A model generated the notes under the pieces. It was not told the origin of the DNA. It did no database searches and was given only the letters and a program-made list of their open reading frames with translations. Positions 24,703 to 24,842 of a stretch of 24,842 nucleotides of DNA are shown piece after piece; within the stretch, counting starts at the first letter, position 1, and every line of letters starts with the position of its first letter. Both the position numbers and the translations under genes were made by a program. Source of the DNA: a virus (lineage: Duplodnaviria > Caudoviricetes); the IMG/VR virus record IMGVR_UViG_3300037705_000118, positions 1-24,842 of that record, one strand, 5' to 3'.

Positions 24703-24842
24703 GTTAAAATATTATCCGATAATTGATAAAAAACCCAAATGGAATCATCGGAATTTTCTCCCCTCTCATTATACCCTGTTCTACCTGCGTTTAGGGGATA
24801 CTTGCCTTATCATATTAGCCGGGCTGTATTTCCTGGTCGATG

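Larger units (their letters stand above)
22625..24806 (+). mobile_element. IS1595-family element with passenger genes (2182 bp)
   Basis: Imperfect 24-bp TIRs GGTAAGTATCCCTTGACAGCAGGT (22625-22648) and rc GGCAAGTATCCCCTAAACGCAGGT (24783-24806) enclosing the transposase. Confidence 0.85.

Overview
Segment of a tailed dsDNA (siphovirus-type) phage or prophage, possibly infecting Chloroflexota/Anaerolineae (inferred). Bases 1-8380 (+) hold the tail module (tape-measure C-terminus, Dit, two paralogous baseplate/fibre proteins, Gp37/Tal-like hub) and a putative lysis region. Bases 8461-22624 (-) are an accessory arm with a DinG/XPD helicase, two methyltransferases, an HNH nuclease, secreted and small membrane proteins, and two tRNA/ncRNA arrays (14312-15266, 17994-19803). 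Bases 22625-24806 are an IS1595-family element with passenger genes, inserted without a target-site duplication into a small phage gene. The main finding is four RNAs at 18951-19803 (-). They share one bipartite module with fixed spacing and covarying stems (GUGACUY-N10-YACAAAC / N11-CUYGUAC), joined to tRNA parts in four different topologies. They resemble a divergent Y-RNA (YrlA)-like family or an unknown tRNA-processing module; no Ro60 gene lies in this window. All calls are by eye, without database searches or folding software.
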